From positions 11,456,795-11,520,794 of the forward strand of contig NC_092670.1 in assembly GCF_964355755.1 (NCBI RefSeq): a DNA stretch of 64,000 nt, written 5' to 3'. Of the stretch, positions 26,901-40,531 are shown one piece after another. Below the pieces are notes generated by a model that was not told the origin of the DNA, ran no database searches, and was given only the letters and a program-made list of their open reading frames with translations. A program made the position numbers and the translations under genes. Numbering within the stretch: position 1 is the first letter of the stretch; each line of letters begins with the position of its first letter. The stretch comes from Antedon mediterranea (Eukaryota > Animalia > Echinodermata).

Positions 26901-29900
26901 TGTCATCGTGTCCATATATGGGCACATCACATTTTTGTTACATCAAGTCAAGTAGTGTAGACAGAGCTTTAGAAAATGCTTTGTATAATAACCTGTTTTA
27001 TCGTTTGCCCTATAGAACCATTCTACCTGGCGTGAATCAAGTTCCAGTGGAGGAGGTAGGCAAGGTACAAGTACAACAGCCGATGGACCTACACCGACAT
27101 GTCTTACAACACCAGAAGACCACACAAGAGAACTACATGGAACAGGCCCAGCAAAACCCCCTGCAGATTGATACCCAGCAGCATGTTTCTGTTGACCCCT
27201 TGCAGTTTGATTATGGTGGTCAAATGGTGCCCAGCATGGACAGTCCCAGCTACTTGGAGTATAACCACACCCAGCAGGTAATAACTGGAGTATAACTACA
27301 CCAGTAGCAGGGTTTTTGTTTGTTTTTTTCTAGAATTTATGATTGCATATACAGCATATAATCCCATGGGGCCTGTGTATTAAATTTGGGGAAGTTAGGT
27401 AGGATTATACTGTCCCTTATATTTTGGTTGGTGGGTGTTCGTTGGTTAGATTTTCCCATTGGCAGCTGCCGCTGCAAATGCAAAAAAACAGTATTGGGGA
27501 AAAAATTTTAATTAATTTCTAACCCTGTGATAGTGTCATGGGTTTTATATGATAATTAAAAGATAAGTTAGTGGCTTCATTAAATCATTGCATTAAAAAT
27601 GGTCTCTCCTATTATTTCTTATATTGAGTCTTAATTTATTAATTAATTTTGTTTACCGCAGATGATGCAGCAACGTCAAGCTACCCCGCAAGCTATAGCT
27701 ATACAACAACTGACGTCCCAACAGCAGCAACAGTATGCATTGGCCGCAGCTCAGCAACAACAACAAATGGGTAAGACTAACTCTATTCTTTGATCGGATG
27801 TAGACTATCCCTGAGTGTACTTAAATCTTCCAATTATCAATCTTTTTGCTTCAGTCAAAATCGTGGACATTTTTATTTGAAAAAAAAACTTTATTTAATC
27901 AGATGTTTTATCTTATGGAATAAACTTTAAATTAAAAAGATTTAAGAAAAGCAAATACGTTAACTTAAGCAAAATCATTGACTTAAAATAACATTGTCAA
28001 ACTGTCCTTTTTCTACAATATATATTATTTTAATTTGGTCTCATTTTATGCATGTTCCATTCTACAGTCTATTCTATGTGAAAGCCGCAAATGAAAACTG
28101 GGTTGTTGGAAAATAAAAAACAGGTGGTTCGCTGCGGTGAATGCAATATTTTATGATACGTGTGTCAATACAGTCTTGAATGCATATCTAGAGGAGATAT
28201 TTTTAGTTTCAGTACTGTCAGTATGTTATGGCATGACCATAAATAAGCACCCATTCCCACTGAATTAGAAACCATCACAAACAAAAGGTTTTTGTCTGAT
28301 ACATCTCACCCTTGGATCTGCATTCAAGACAATCTTGCTGGGCTATTTATGTGTACTTATCATCCAATTCTCTGTATTGTATCTTGCCAGTTGTTCCGTT
28401 TCATAGGCACATTCTATAATACAGTGTCACATGTAATGTTTACAGTTAAGCTTATGGCCTATAATACAGACATCATAATATGTTATACAGATGTGACCCT
28501 GTATTGCAGAAGTTGCCCACGGTACTTTTAAAGATACAGTACAGAAAATTGTCTATATTTATTTATTGATTGTATAAGAATGTTAAATTCACAGATGGTT
28601 GTCATTCTATATAATCTGGAGAAGCTGTTTAATTTGAAGCATTTTTTTAATTATTTTATCTGTTTGCCATTTAGCTTGTTTTATTATTAAATACATCTCT
28701 ATTGCTTGTTGTTATTTTCATAGGCCTAGCTCCCACTGCATTTGCTCCTACCAACCCGTATATAATTACCGGTGCGGCACCCACTGCCCAAGATCCTTAT
28801 GCATTAGGCCTCACAGCAACGATTGCAGGTAGATTCAATTTTTGATTTTGTTTTTCGATTATCCCAGTAAAGATTGCAATTAAAACTAAATAACACAATT
28901 TAAACAGGCAAATGCATGAGTTGTATCACAAAATTGGGATATTTTAATTTGGTATTTTAAAGAACAATAATTTTTCACATGTTGTTCAATTTTTGTTCAT
29001 TTAATATCACCTAATTTGATTAATTTACTTGTTTATTTGCAACTTTACTGAGATATTCACTTCACATGTTCCCGTCATAAACTTTTACATGATTTCTTTA
29101 GATTTTGTTACTATGTTTAAAATGATATATTTTGGAATGATATCCTATGATCTCTAAAATATAGCATGTGCATGCCATGGTATCATACTCACTTAGAAAG
29201 CCATTCTCATGTAAATGATATACTGTACAACAGATCTGCACTTTATATGTAGGTCACATTTATACATAATATGATGTTTTGCTAATCTAATAAGGAAGAT
29301 TTTATTGAAAAAAATCAATTAGTTTCTACCAATACTTAAAATTGTAAAAACTTTATATTAATTCCTAGGTATGTGCAGGTAGTATTCTGTTCTTTAAAAA
29401 GTTATTTAGAAACATTATTTATATATAACCAATGCAATAATAGCAAAAACATCACAAATTTATAAAAATGTGTAAAACGTTTCGTTAAAAAAAATGCAAA
29501 CTATGTTAAAATTGCATTGACAAAGGATAAATATACACACTGAAATCATTAGTATCTGCAATAAATTGTTAATTTTGGAGTGAAGAGATTTCACGATATT
29601 CTGCTCCTGTACAACATAATGGTGTAACAACTAATGGCAAGATATGATTATTTTGATATCATCTTTTGTGATTAGGTCAACCGACCGTGGTACAACCTCA
29701 GTATGCATATGGTGTTCCTCCCTGGAGCGTCTATCCTGGCGTCATCATACCACAGCAACAGCAGCAAGGCATGCAACAACAGCAGCAACAAATGGTGAGG
29801 AACCAACAGAACGGACGTCCTCTTACACCACAGGGACAGCAGCAACAACAGCAGCCTGGACAGCAACCCCAACAGCCTGGCCAGCAAGAACAAAACGCTC

Positions 29901-32900
29901 AACCTGGTACGGCCCAAGCGCAGGCACAAGCTCAGGCTCAAGCCGTTCAGGCCCAGGCTTTGCAAGCACAGGCTTTAGCTACTCCCGGTGAGCTTTTGTT
30001 TGTTTGTTTGTCTACGTTAATGCGTACATTTATCATTTAGGCTCTACTACTAGGTCCCTTTTGATTAACAAAAAGTGAAAAATGTATCGCCAACACAATG
30101 CATATCAGTATGTGCCAAATATTAACAAATAGTCAGTCAGTTATTTTCTTAAATAGCACCCTCTACAATTTGTGTATTTTTCTAAAATATATAGCACCCC
30201 TTATAATTTGTTGTATTTTTATAAAATTACTTCACATCTTCTATGGTTTTGCCATGCTTTTATACAGTCTTTCGATATTTCATTTCATTCGTCTGTAGTG
30301 TGCAAATAAATATTGAAATTTATCAGAAATCATTTATCTATATTGATGTTAATTTACTGATATTGAATCCAATAGTAGCATTTCATTGTTTCATTCTGAT
30401 GTTCTAACATGTTTTTTATTGACATTTCTCAGCTGGTTACCAAGTGATAGCACCGGTGTACTATGATCAGACTGGACAACTCATCATGGGCAACCCTCGA
30501 CCAGGTAAAGAACAGTTTCTATCGTTTTTACTTAGCTCATGGTCAAATTAGTAGTGGACTGTTATAACTAGACACACTTTCTTTTAAGACCTAAACCAAT
30601 AAGAACATAAATACATTTTGTGTAAATCAAAGAAATGCAATGAATTTAAGCAGGTGAAGTGTAAAATGATTATTAAATGTCCCCAAAAATTGAGGATTAG
30701 GCACTCTACAGACCCATGGCAACCACGGTCCAGCTTTTACCATGATTAGTGCACTGGGGAATTCCCATTTTTTCAATTCATGCATATGTTGATTGTATGC
30801 ACAATTGGCCAAAAGCTTTACGTCCCATCCAAGGGTCAAGGAATATTATGAAAAGCATCTTGCCTAACAATATTATAAGGAATGTGGCACAGAGATAGGT
30901 CTTGAGCCCATGTCTTTTACATGGATATCCTTTATGGCTTACATTGTTTACATGTTTTTTTCCCACAGTACAAACAGCCAATGGCATGGCAAATGCAAAT
31001 GGACCATTTCGTCTACTTGGTGCCCAACAACAACAGCAGCAACAGCAACCACCAATGTCACTGTATACAAATAGCCCAATGCCAGCTGGTACGCCTACGC
31101 AGACCACCAATCCAGTAGGATCGTTCAACCAAAACAGCTCTATGTTTAGCAACGGAGGTATCGGATCGCTAGGCTCTACCGTAGGGTCGATTGGCATTGC
31201 TGGTTCCACATCTCTGAGTGATCGTCGAGATTCGCTAGGTAGCGACAAACGCCAAGGTTTCTCTGGATTTTACGGCAGCTCCCCAACTACATTAGGACCT
31301 TTCGGTATCTCACCAACGAACACTGGTAGTCTGACACCACCACCGTCCCAAACATCTTTGTGTGGTATAAGTCTAGGTATGTTTCATATTAGTCAACGAT
31401 GATTAAATGCCATATATTTTGGCATTTTCTTATTGCTACACGATTCTATATTGCTAGAAAAAGTAGTATTTAGAGAGTTACATTTACATTATATTCAGGT
31501 ATGATAATGTTTAATTAGTCGTATTGAATTACATTTACTAATTATTTAATTAATTTTCAGCCCCAGGAGCTGAGGCCAAGTATCATCGAAACAGTTCTTC
31601 ATCAACGAGTGGCTGGTCGAACACCCTCTTTCCACCACGCAGTCTTCGCAGTTCCACCTTTATGGAAAAGAGTGCTCCCGGCCGTAGCAGACTTCTAGAA
31701 GATTTCAGGAACAACCGTTTTCCTAACTTACAACTTCGTGATCTGACCGGCCACATTGTTGAGTTCTCGCAAGATCAGCATGGTTCGCGCTTCATTCAGC
31801 AGAAGCTTGAACGCGCTTCCATACCGGAGCGTCAGATGGTGTTTGGAGAGATCCTTGGTGCCGCTTACAACCTCATGACTGATGTGTTCGGTAATTATGT
31901 TATCCAAAAGTTCTTTGAGTTCGGCAGCACAGAACAGAAGCAGGCATTGGCACAGCGTATAAGAGGGCACGTTCTTCCCCTTGCTCTCCAGATGTATGGG
32001 TGCCGTGTTATACAAAAAGCTCTGGAATCCATCCCGCCAGAATTACAGGTACAGTCATAACTTTTTTGATTCATAAATAAAGCAGTCTAGATTACTGTAT
32101 CCAATGTCTAGTATATTTTGTTCAGTTTTCTTCATAAATGCTAAAGTCAGTAGTCATTGAAGCCTTCACTTAAGCTCTGTCTACACTGTCAAACTTTATT
32201 AAAATATGATGTGCCCATATATGGACATGATGGTCATATCATTACCATATTTGGGGATGACACCACCATATTTGAGGACATCACACTTTTTTTGTCCAAC
32301 TAGTTTGATAGTGTAGACAGAACTTAATATACAAATGTATATCTAATACAGATCGTTTTCATTCCTTATGCATTTGTAATCTTTCAGTAACTGAAAAATT
32401 ATTAAAAGTGCTTTATTAAGCAACTTTGTACAAGTACACAACATTATATATATAATGTCAACTGACCCCTTGAACCTAATTGCAATTATTTCCTTCAGGT
32501 TGAGATTGTCCGTGAACTTGACGGCCACGTTTTGAAGTGCGTGAAAGACCAAAATGGCAATCACGTTGTTCAAAAGTGCATTGAGTGTGTTGAGCCGGTT
32601 GCGCTCCAGTTCATCATTGATGCGTTCCGTAGCCAAGTGTTCTCCTTATCTACTCATCCTTATGGATGTCGGGTCATCCAGCGCATCCTTGAACACTGTA
32701 CCGTGGATCAAACTCTACCCATCCTGGAGGAACTACATCAGAACACTGAACGTCTGGTTCAGGACCAGTATGGAAATTATGTCATTCAGGTAAACAATTA
32801 TAATATCAATCAATCAATCAAAGTAACATTTATTTTCTTCAAATTATAACAGTATACAAAATGGTGTAAAGAAAGGTATTATATTGAAGAAGGCATGTTC

Positions 32901-34427
32901 AAAAAAAGCAAAAAGCTTGTGACAGACATACCTAAACAAAGATATCGGATTAAACATTCATTCAATTTTTATCCAACTGTTACAGCATAAAAAATATACA
33001 ATTTAATGTATTACTGTGTTTAAAAAAAATTAATCATATTTGAATTTAAATTTTTGTTTTGTTTACAGCATGTTTTGGAGCATGGAAGACCGGAGGACAA
33101 AAGTAAAATTGTGACTGAATTACGAGGCAAAGTCCTTGTGCTCAGTCAGCATAAATTTGCAAGGTAGGCCTCAAATTATCCTTAGCTCTGAGATAGGGGA
33201 ACACAGTGCAAAATGTCTTGGGATACCTACCTACCTTAGCTGTTTCAAATATTCCAGGAAACATAGCCAATGACCTACTGCTGTATTATATAATAATAAT
33301 ATTTGTTTCGTGCTGATAAAATAAAGAGTTTCAAATTGAAATGTTTTGATTTTGCACTTTCTGGTGTATCCCCTAGTTAATTTAATTGTACATGTATGAA
33401 TAGAGTAGGCAATCGTCTGCCAGTGGGCTGATCTGGTAGATGATGACTGCCATGGGTCTGTCGTGTGCCTATTCCCAATTCCTCAGTTTCCAGTTCAGCT
33501 TAAGGACTAGAATATTAGTTAATAGTCGTTGCTACCATTTCTAAAATTGTATTATATTTTTTTTACAGTAATGTTGTGGAGAAGTGTGTAACGCATGCGT
33601 CCAGGCCTGAGAGAGCTTTGCTCATTGATGAAGTGTGCACATTCAACGATGGGTGAGTAATTCATTACTTTTATTTTTTAATTGGATTTTTAAATGAGCC
33701 ACAATGGATTTGAAGTTAAACTTCATGTCTAAGTAACAAAAATAATGCTAATACCTAATCAACACTTGAAGGTTGTTACAGTGACAACTTTCCCAACACT
33801 GGACCTTCTGAAAACCGGAAACTCTCCCAAAACCAGGCTTTTCTTGGCGTTCAAAATGTCCCAACCTGTGTGTTGTTTCCTCTTAGCCTAAAGCGTGGTT
33901 CCCACTGGCGACGCAACACATGGATGTAACGCAACGCAAGTGAATTGACCAATCACAAGCGAGGGCTTATTCGCTTGTGATTGCTAACTGTCTATAACTT
34001 TGCTTGTCATTGGTTAAAACGCTTGCGTTGCGTTTACGTACTTGCGTTACGTTCTAGTGGGAACCAAGCTTAAGTGTGAATGGTGTCTATTGACTCACAC
34101 AACAGTGTATGAATATATGATGTGTGAACAGTAAAAGCAATAAATATAGAAAATACAAGTTCTAATGTGTTGCCTGTTACTTCATACAGGCCCCACAGTG
34201 CTCTTTATACAATGATGAAAGATCAGTACGCTAACTATGTAGTACAGAAAATGATTGACGTTGCCGAGCCGAACCAACGAAAGCTACTCATGCATAAGAT
34301 TCGCCCGCACGTCAGCACCCTTAGAAAATACACGTACGGGAAACACATCCTGGCCAAGCTCGAGAAGTTCTTCATGAAGAGTAACGACCTGGGGCCGATA
34401 GGCGCGCCTCCTAACGGGACGTTGTAA
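20992..34427 (+). CDS. pum: Pumilio homolog (PUF RNA-binding protein), 16 coding exons
   Basis: Exons 20992-21216 (GC donor), 22417-22503, 22908-23034, 23716-23930, 26298-26458, 27016-27277, 27662-27770, 28724-28828, 29676-29987, 30433-30504, 30969-31376, 31561-32048, 32499-32789, 33069-33163, 33569-33652, 34190-34427. Conserved motifs [30 protein letters not shown]; complete PUM-HD ([18 protein letters not shown] ... [16 protein letters not shown]) with canonical recognition triplets SRQ, NYQ, CRQ, NHQ, CRQ, NYQ, SNE, NYQ. Confidence 0.95.
21730..21923. repeat. Dispersed, internally palindromic repeat
   Basis: Close copy at ~41224-41430 (tatattgtttgaaggtttgcatggcga ... aactcaacagttcttttcaga). 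Confidence 0.55.
23495..23688. mobile_element. MITE family B with an expanded internal 21-bp tandem repeat
   Basis: AGCTCTGTCTA..CAGAGCT ends; about 5 copies of atatggtagtgatatgcttaa. Confidence 0.65.
24158..24321. mobile_element. MITE family B
   Basis: TIR AGCTCTGTCTACACTATC; 3 internal 21-bp units. Confidence 0.7.
25029..25948. mobile_element. Non-autonomous TIR element (Harbinger-like) in a Pumilio intron
   Basis: GTTCATATCGAACTTAGGGCGAGATAA (~25031-25057) inverted at ~25915-25941; internal repeats of TAGGGCGAGAT; GC-richer interior with a short ORF at 25295-25597. Confidence 0.6.
26846..26968. mobile_element. MITE family B
   Basis: tta|AGCTCTGTCTACACT ... AGTGTAGACAGAGCT|tta (3-bp TSD). 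Confidence 0.7.
32173..32324. mobile_element. MITE family B
   Basis: Same TIR and core; further copies at 40008-40074 and ~43297-43420. Confidence 0.65.
33892..34070. mobile_element. MITE family A
   Basis: taa|AGCGTGGTTCCCACT ... AGTGGGAACCAAGCT|taa; an internally deleted copy lies at 42750-42833. Confidence 0.75.
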
Positions 34428-37400
34428 ACGGTTTGTTTGTGTGGCTTATAATAAGCCGAGAGAAATTGCTTTTGACATAACATTTTAGTTTGTCAATTTC
34501 AATGTGTTTTTATCTTTATGTCGTATTATTATTAGAACAAAAAAAAAGGAATGCATGATATGAAAATGGTGTTAGGTCTTGGTAGGACACGCAAGAAGGT
34601 AAACTTATATATTGTCATTTTTTGAATATTTAGTCGTCGAGTAATAGATTGCTTGTTTAATGCTAAGCTTAATGCGGAATTCTATGTTTTAGACCAGAGA
34701 CTGGGGTTTTTTACTTGCAACTATTTGTAGTTTGTACAATTGTAGAAAAAGTATTGTAGATTATATATAACCAATTGTTTGCATGCGTTTGAAAGTTAAC
34801 TAACTATCTATACATATATAATGTACATATCAGGGGAAATACAATAATGTAATTTTAGCTTATCAGGCTGACTTGCAACATAATGTTATCAGCAATAGTC
34901 AGTACAGAATAACAATTTTGTATACAATTTATATTGAATGAACTATATTTTCCCCTGATATTTACCAATTATATGTACAGAATGTCTATATAAACTGCAT
35001 GTTATTATTATTAAGAAAGCATGGATTTTAACAAAATTAGGTAGAACAAGCCGTTATAGAGTTGTGACATTCAGCTTCAGTCACATGGTACATGACAGCC
35101 ATTTTGTGTCATTTTTGTCACTATTATAAATGCAAAGTATTTCCCCAGGGGTTTTTAACCTATATGTTGTTATATGAATCGCATATATGATAATTATTAG
35201 TAAATTATTAATCTAAAGCTTAATTGAGTACTTGCACAGCAAAGAATGTTTTTTTAAAGTTAATTTAATTAATTTATAGCTGTGTAAAATCTACTGCAAA
35301 ATGTACTCAATTTGTTAAACGCTTGACACAAAATGGCTTTCTAATTGTTGAATGTCATAATTCTAAATACAGCTCTGGCAAGATTTGACATCAAATTATA
35401 AGCAAATGTGTGTAGAATATTTTTTTTCAATTTCAAGGGTTTTTTTAAATAATTATTTTGAGGAAATATTAATGTTTTGTATTTTATAATTAACAATTAT
35501 GTAAACTTTGTAAAATTAATTAATTGTGAAGAAATCCTAAATTTAAAACAGTAGATATTTTATTAATTAAGCCTCAGGCCATTCAATATTCATTTTTTTT
35601 TTTAAAAATGTCCTCATTTCAAATAAAATATAAGCCAATTTTAGAGTGGAAACTGTATTGTAGGGTTCTTAATATCCTGATTTTAAAAGTCTTCCACCTC
35701 AATAGTGCTATCTATCTTAATTATAAAATGGTATGAGGTTAAGAATCCTTGTTAGAATTGTAAAAATTAATATGTTGGTGATACACATTGTATGAATTAT
35801 TTTGATGGTGCTGTATTTTGAAAAGTTGACCCTTCTATTCATTGATTTTGGTGGTGTGCTAAAGAAAACAGAAATAACGAAAATGATTATTATATTGGAA
35901 AGATTTACACCCTCAATATTCATGGTCAGTTAAACTTAAACCGCCTTGAAAGAAAAACATTAATTGTTGCCTTTAATTTACGAATCTTGTAAAGTTAATT
36001 ATAAAAGTATAGAAGAGGAAATATGCTTTGGAAGAAACATCATGTATTATAATAATGATGATGATAATAATAACCATTGGTTTTTTTTATATTAATAATA
36101 AGGATATTTTCAACGAGTTTTTTCACTGTAATGTAGAACACCCCAAATAAAAGAAATTATTTAAAAAGAAAACTATTTTATAAATGGCATACAAAGTCTG
36201 TATAAATGAATATACTGTAGGTTATATAAGCCTTGTACACAAACCCCGTATCTGTATAAAGAAAATTACATTCTGTACAAATTTACAACTGATGTATAGA
36301 GAGATGCTCATATTTTTTTTTAAATGGGTAGTATTTTGATTTGACCAACTTTTTATTATATTTTTAGCATTTTTTTAATAATAAACATTTTCTATTATAT
36401 ATATAAAAAATACCGATGTTTTTAAATAGTTAGTTTTGGGTGATTTGTATGTATAAATATATTCACGGTTAACAGTAGGGTTTTGTTTCGATTCTAACTT
36501 GTAAACAACTTTGTAATAAATATATCATCCCAACACTAATATTATATTAATTAAATCGGGATGTTTAATGTTGAAAATAATATACAAAAATTTGATGCAA
36601 ATAATGGTCCAATTTCTGTCTGGAATGTTGTAAAAAGACACCCTTTTTATCCTGTTTGAATAGCGACCATGTTTTTTGATAATATCAATTTTATTTAAAT
36701 GTGCTGTGTGTAGGTTTTGAATGGCTTAAGTAAGCATCTTGTAATTTCCACTCCGCCTTGCTTATAGCTTCTATGTACAGATGTACAAATGTAAATTGTT
36801 TTCATGTACACTTGCCAACAGGTCCAACTCAAATTATTGTATAGAAAATTTAAAAAACGGACTTGGCTCTAACCTTAGAAGTACATATTCTGTCAAAGAG
36901 AATTCTATATTAAAATGTACATTTGGAAGAAAAAAAAATGATAGTACCATTGAATAGGCTTTGTAAATTTAATTGTGATAACTCCTTCGTGTGTCTTTTC
37001 CCTATCAAATGTTTTTTAGTTGTAGTAAAAGTTTCATAATAATATTTTACTGTAAATTTGATCTGTATAAGAGAGAGTAAATAATCCTCATAGTAATGAA
37101 ATTTGTCTATTGTTTGTATGAATTTTTTCTGAATTGAAATTTTTAATTTTTAAAGTTACTACAAGTAGTTGACCTTATTTGATGAACTTTTGTCTCGACA
37201 CATATCATCCATCCATTTGTATTGTGACAACATTTCTAATCTATTTCTAATCCATTGCACCCGTTTACTCATTTGTTGTCTAAATATTTTCTGGATTAGA
37301 TAGATTGAATTTTGTAAACTATTTTGGCATATTGTAAGTAATTTTTTTATGATTAGTAAAATTGCTAAACAAAGTAATATTCTGTGGTATGTATTGTTTG

Positions 37401-37815
37401 CAAGTTGAATGTTATTTAGATTATTTTATAAAATGCAAATTTTCTGTAGATTTTCTAGATAAAAAGTTAGCAGGCCTTCAATTGTATTACGCTGCTTAGA
37501 AGAAAAAAAAAATAGAAACATGCTTTGAGTTTGGGGAAAAAATTGTACTTTTTGAGAAAATATGATTTTAATATCTGATCTTTAAAACTCTCCGTTAAGT
37601 CCTAGATTTGATGCAGCAGGTTTTTTTTGGTGGCCTAATAACTGAATATATTTTTTAATAGCTAGTATTGTTAGGTTGTGGCAATTTTATGTTCAATGGC
37701 ATTCTATGTAATGTTCTGTTTTTTTGTACATGCTGTACAAAGAATCTTAAAATTGTATTGATGTACAACAAATAATAAATGGTTTCTTTTAGTACCATAA
37801 GCAAAATAAATGTGT
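34428..37815 (+). other. Inferred long Pumilio 3'UTR
   Basis: AU-rich region after the stop with no recognisable MITE copies; AATAAA near 37775, 37805 and 37909; many TGTA motifs. Confidence 0.55.
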
Positions 37816-38467
37816 GATTTGATTTTGTTCGAATGATGTATAGATCACATTTTATAGTAATTATAGATGGATATATTATTAAATGATCGATTAATTTAGA
37901 AATTTGTAAATAAATAAAATCAGAAATGTTGGTAATGGGCGTTCCATACTAAGCTGTAAGCAGCATGCACACGTCGTACGGACGGAGCAGGGAGCAGCAG
38001 CATGCAGAGAGAAGAATTGGCCGAAGAAAGTAGGCCTACGTTAAGCGTTAAGTTAGAAAGCCTGGGCTTTAGAAGTTTAGTAAGTGAAATAAACTGTTTT
38101 AACAGAATGTTTAACGTTAACCAAACATACCATTGTTTGATTGTTAATCATAACAATGGTACACTAAAGTTGGAGTGAGGTTTATTTCGTACTTTTCCTC
38201 TAGGCCTAGGCTAGGCCTAACTAGGGTGAAGGGTAGCCTAGCTAGGCCTAGTTAGGAGGAGTATTAAATCGGATGGGGCCTACCCGGGCCCGGGCCTAAC
38301 TAGGCTAGTAGTGCTTTTGTTTTTGTATGATCCATCCATTTTGATTTAAAACAAATTGTATATAATGCGTAATATATGTTCCTCTATAATGGATGGTAGG
38401 TAGGCCTAAATAAATGGATTGTTTTAATTTGCAGTTGATTGACTTTGTATGATAAATAAAGGAAAAC

Positions 38468-40531
38468 ATGGTGAAAGCAAAAGATTTAAGCATTTATGAT
38501 AACCCAGTCAGAGATGTAGAATATGTTCTTCAACCAGAAAAAGAATCACCACTTCAAAATGGTATATCAGTTGTCAGAAAAAAGACCTGGGAAGTGACTG
38601 ATCGTTTTCAAGTGAGTTTACAAAATGCTACAGTTGTTAATATTCAGGAAGATTAGAACGTGTGAAAGTGTAATAGAGGGACTAATACTGTTCCATTGGT
38701 GTTCAACTATAACATATAATTGTTATATATATGTAAACTAAATTGTCATAAAATTTTTCCAAGGATGAAGAATAAATTTTCCCTGTTAAGTGTTACCAAA
38801 GAAAAATAATATTTTAATTTTTAATCTTTTATTACTTTTATTTTTAGGGAATGGTCCAGTCAACCAAGAATGCCTACAAGACAGTTGAACGTACAGCAAA
38901 TGGTAATGATAATGTTTTAGATGGATATAATCCTGTTATTGTTTATCTTTACCATTTATTCATTGAATCGTTATTCAAAACACAAACTATTCTGTAATAA
39001 TTCTTGATTTTAGATGTTGTTGCATTCATTAAGACAGAGGAAGGATTTTACCCCAGAGCAGGTGTTATCTCATTAGCAGGACTGGCTGGAATAGTTTTAG
39101 CAAGGAAGGGTAAAGGAAATATTGTTTGTATTTTAGGCCTTCGTTAAAAATAAATACATTCACTATCCTTCTTAAAGGGGAACTACTTGTCACAGACAAA
39201 CATACAAGAATGCTGCTCTACGTATAAATAAATCTGGTTTTTTTTTGTCATGAGGAAAAAATCCCGACTTAAGATAGGAATTGAAACCAGGAACTTGTGA
39301 TGAACAGCTGAGTATATTAACCACCAAGTTCCATCTGACTAATACTTCTGCCATCATTATTATAATATGAAAGATTTTCTTTTTGAAAGGGGAGTTTATT
39401 CGAGTGGGAGGGAGTTTATTCCAAATGATGTTCTATGGGGGCGGGGAAGGGCGTGTTTATTTGACTAAATTCGTTAATACATATTTATCACTCTTCATCT
39501 CACTTTTAGGTGGAATAGTTAAAAAAGTGCTTTATTCTGGAGTATTGGTATCGGCAGCTGCCTCTATATGTTATCCATACCAAGCAGTGAGATTAGCTGA
39601 GAAAGAATGGGATTGGATAAAAACACATAGTATAGAATTACTCAAGCCTTCTGACAATAAGGTAAATGATAATGTGTTATTAACACTATTTTATTCAATT
39701 TTGAGATTTGAAAGAACAGTGTATGTTGGCCATACGGCCGTAGCAACCACAGTATTCAAGCTCTCCATAAATGCATACATGCAACTAGCCAAAGTGTCTA
39801 GGAAAATATCATAATAATAATTTGTGTACAGTATCATAGTCCAATTCCTACACATGTGAATTTATTTTTACCCTAACCATTACAAAAATACTTGCTATCA
39901 TACAGTTGTAACATGTGATGAATATGTGATTCTGTATCATGGAACTTTATTATATTACTGCTCAAATTGAGATACAGTAATGAGAATCGTGTGACATGCA
40001 CAACTAAAGCTCTGTCTACACTATCAAACTTATGGGACAAAAAAATCACACTAGTTTGATTGTGTAGACAGAGCGTGTTGTCATGAAACTGCAGTAACAG
40101 GTCTTCACATAAATGTGCTATTTTGCCCATAACACAATATTATTGGTTTCATCTATGATTTTGCCAGTTGTTGTACTATGCAGGGAAAGTTTCAGCTACC
40201 TAGGTAAAATCATAAAATGAATAAAATTTAAAATGATTTGTTATTTTTTTGTGGGTCTGTCTGTGTGTGTAGTATAAACCTGATTAGTCACTGTATATGC
40301 AAGCAAAGTCTTTACAACAACCTATTTTCAAAATGTAATCAAATCTAATAAATTTCTTATTAGGAGGAATCTAAGCCAAAAGAATTAGAAGAAACAAAGC
40401 AAGGGTCAAAGTTGACAGATGTCAAGGAAGTTTCAAAATCAGAACAGGCACCAAGAGATAATGATGCCACAAACAAAGACTATGGCCAGTCAAATCCAGC
40501 TGATAAAGACTTGTACACAACAAGAAGTTGA
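38468..40531 (+). CDS. APOOL: MICOS complex subunit MIC27/MIC26 (apolipoprotein O-like); N-terminus uncertain
   Basis: Exons 38468-38611 (DLSIYD..ESPLQNGISVVR), 38848-38902, 39014-39109 (GFYPRAGVISLAGLAGIVLARK), 39510-39661 (KKVLYSGVLVSAAASICYPYQA), 40364-40531 (DYGQSNPADKDLYTTRS, matching the MIC27 C-terminus); a possible upstream exon lies at ~37930-38029. Confidence 0.85.

Noticed and set aside
34856-34877. TAGCTTATCAGGCTGA resembles miR-21 (15 of the first 16 nt)
   Set aside because: miR-21 is a vertebrate family, the 3' part diverges and the local hairpin lacks pre-miRNA geometry; treated as chance unless small-RNA reads exist.
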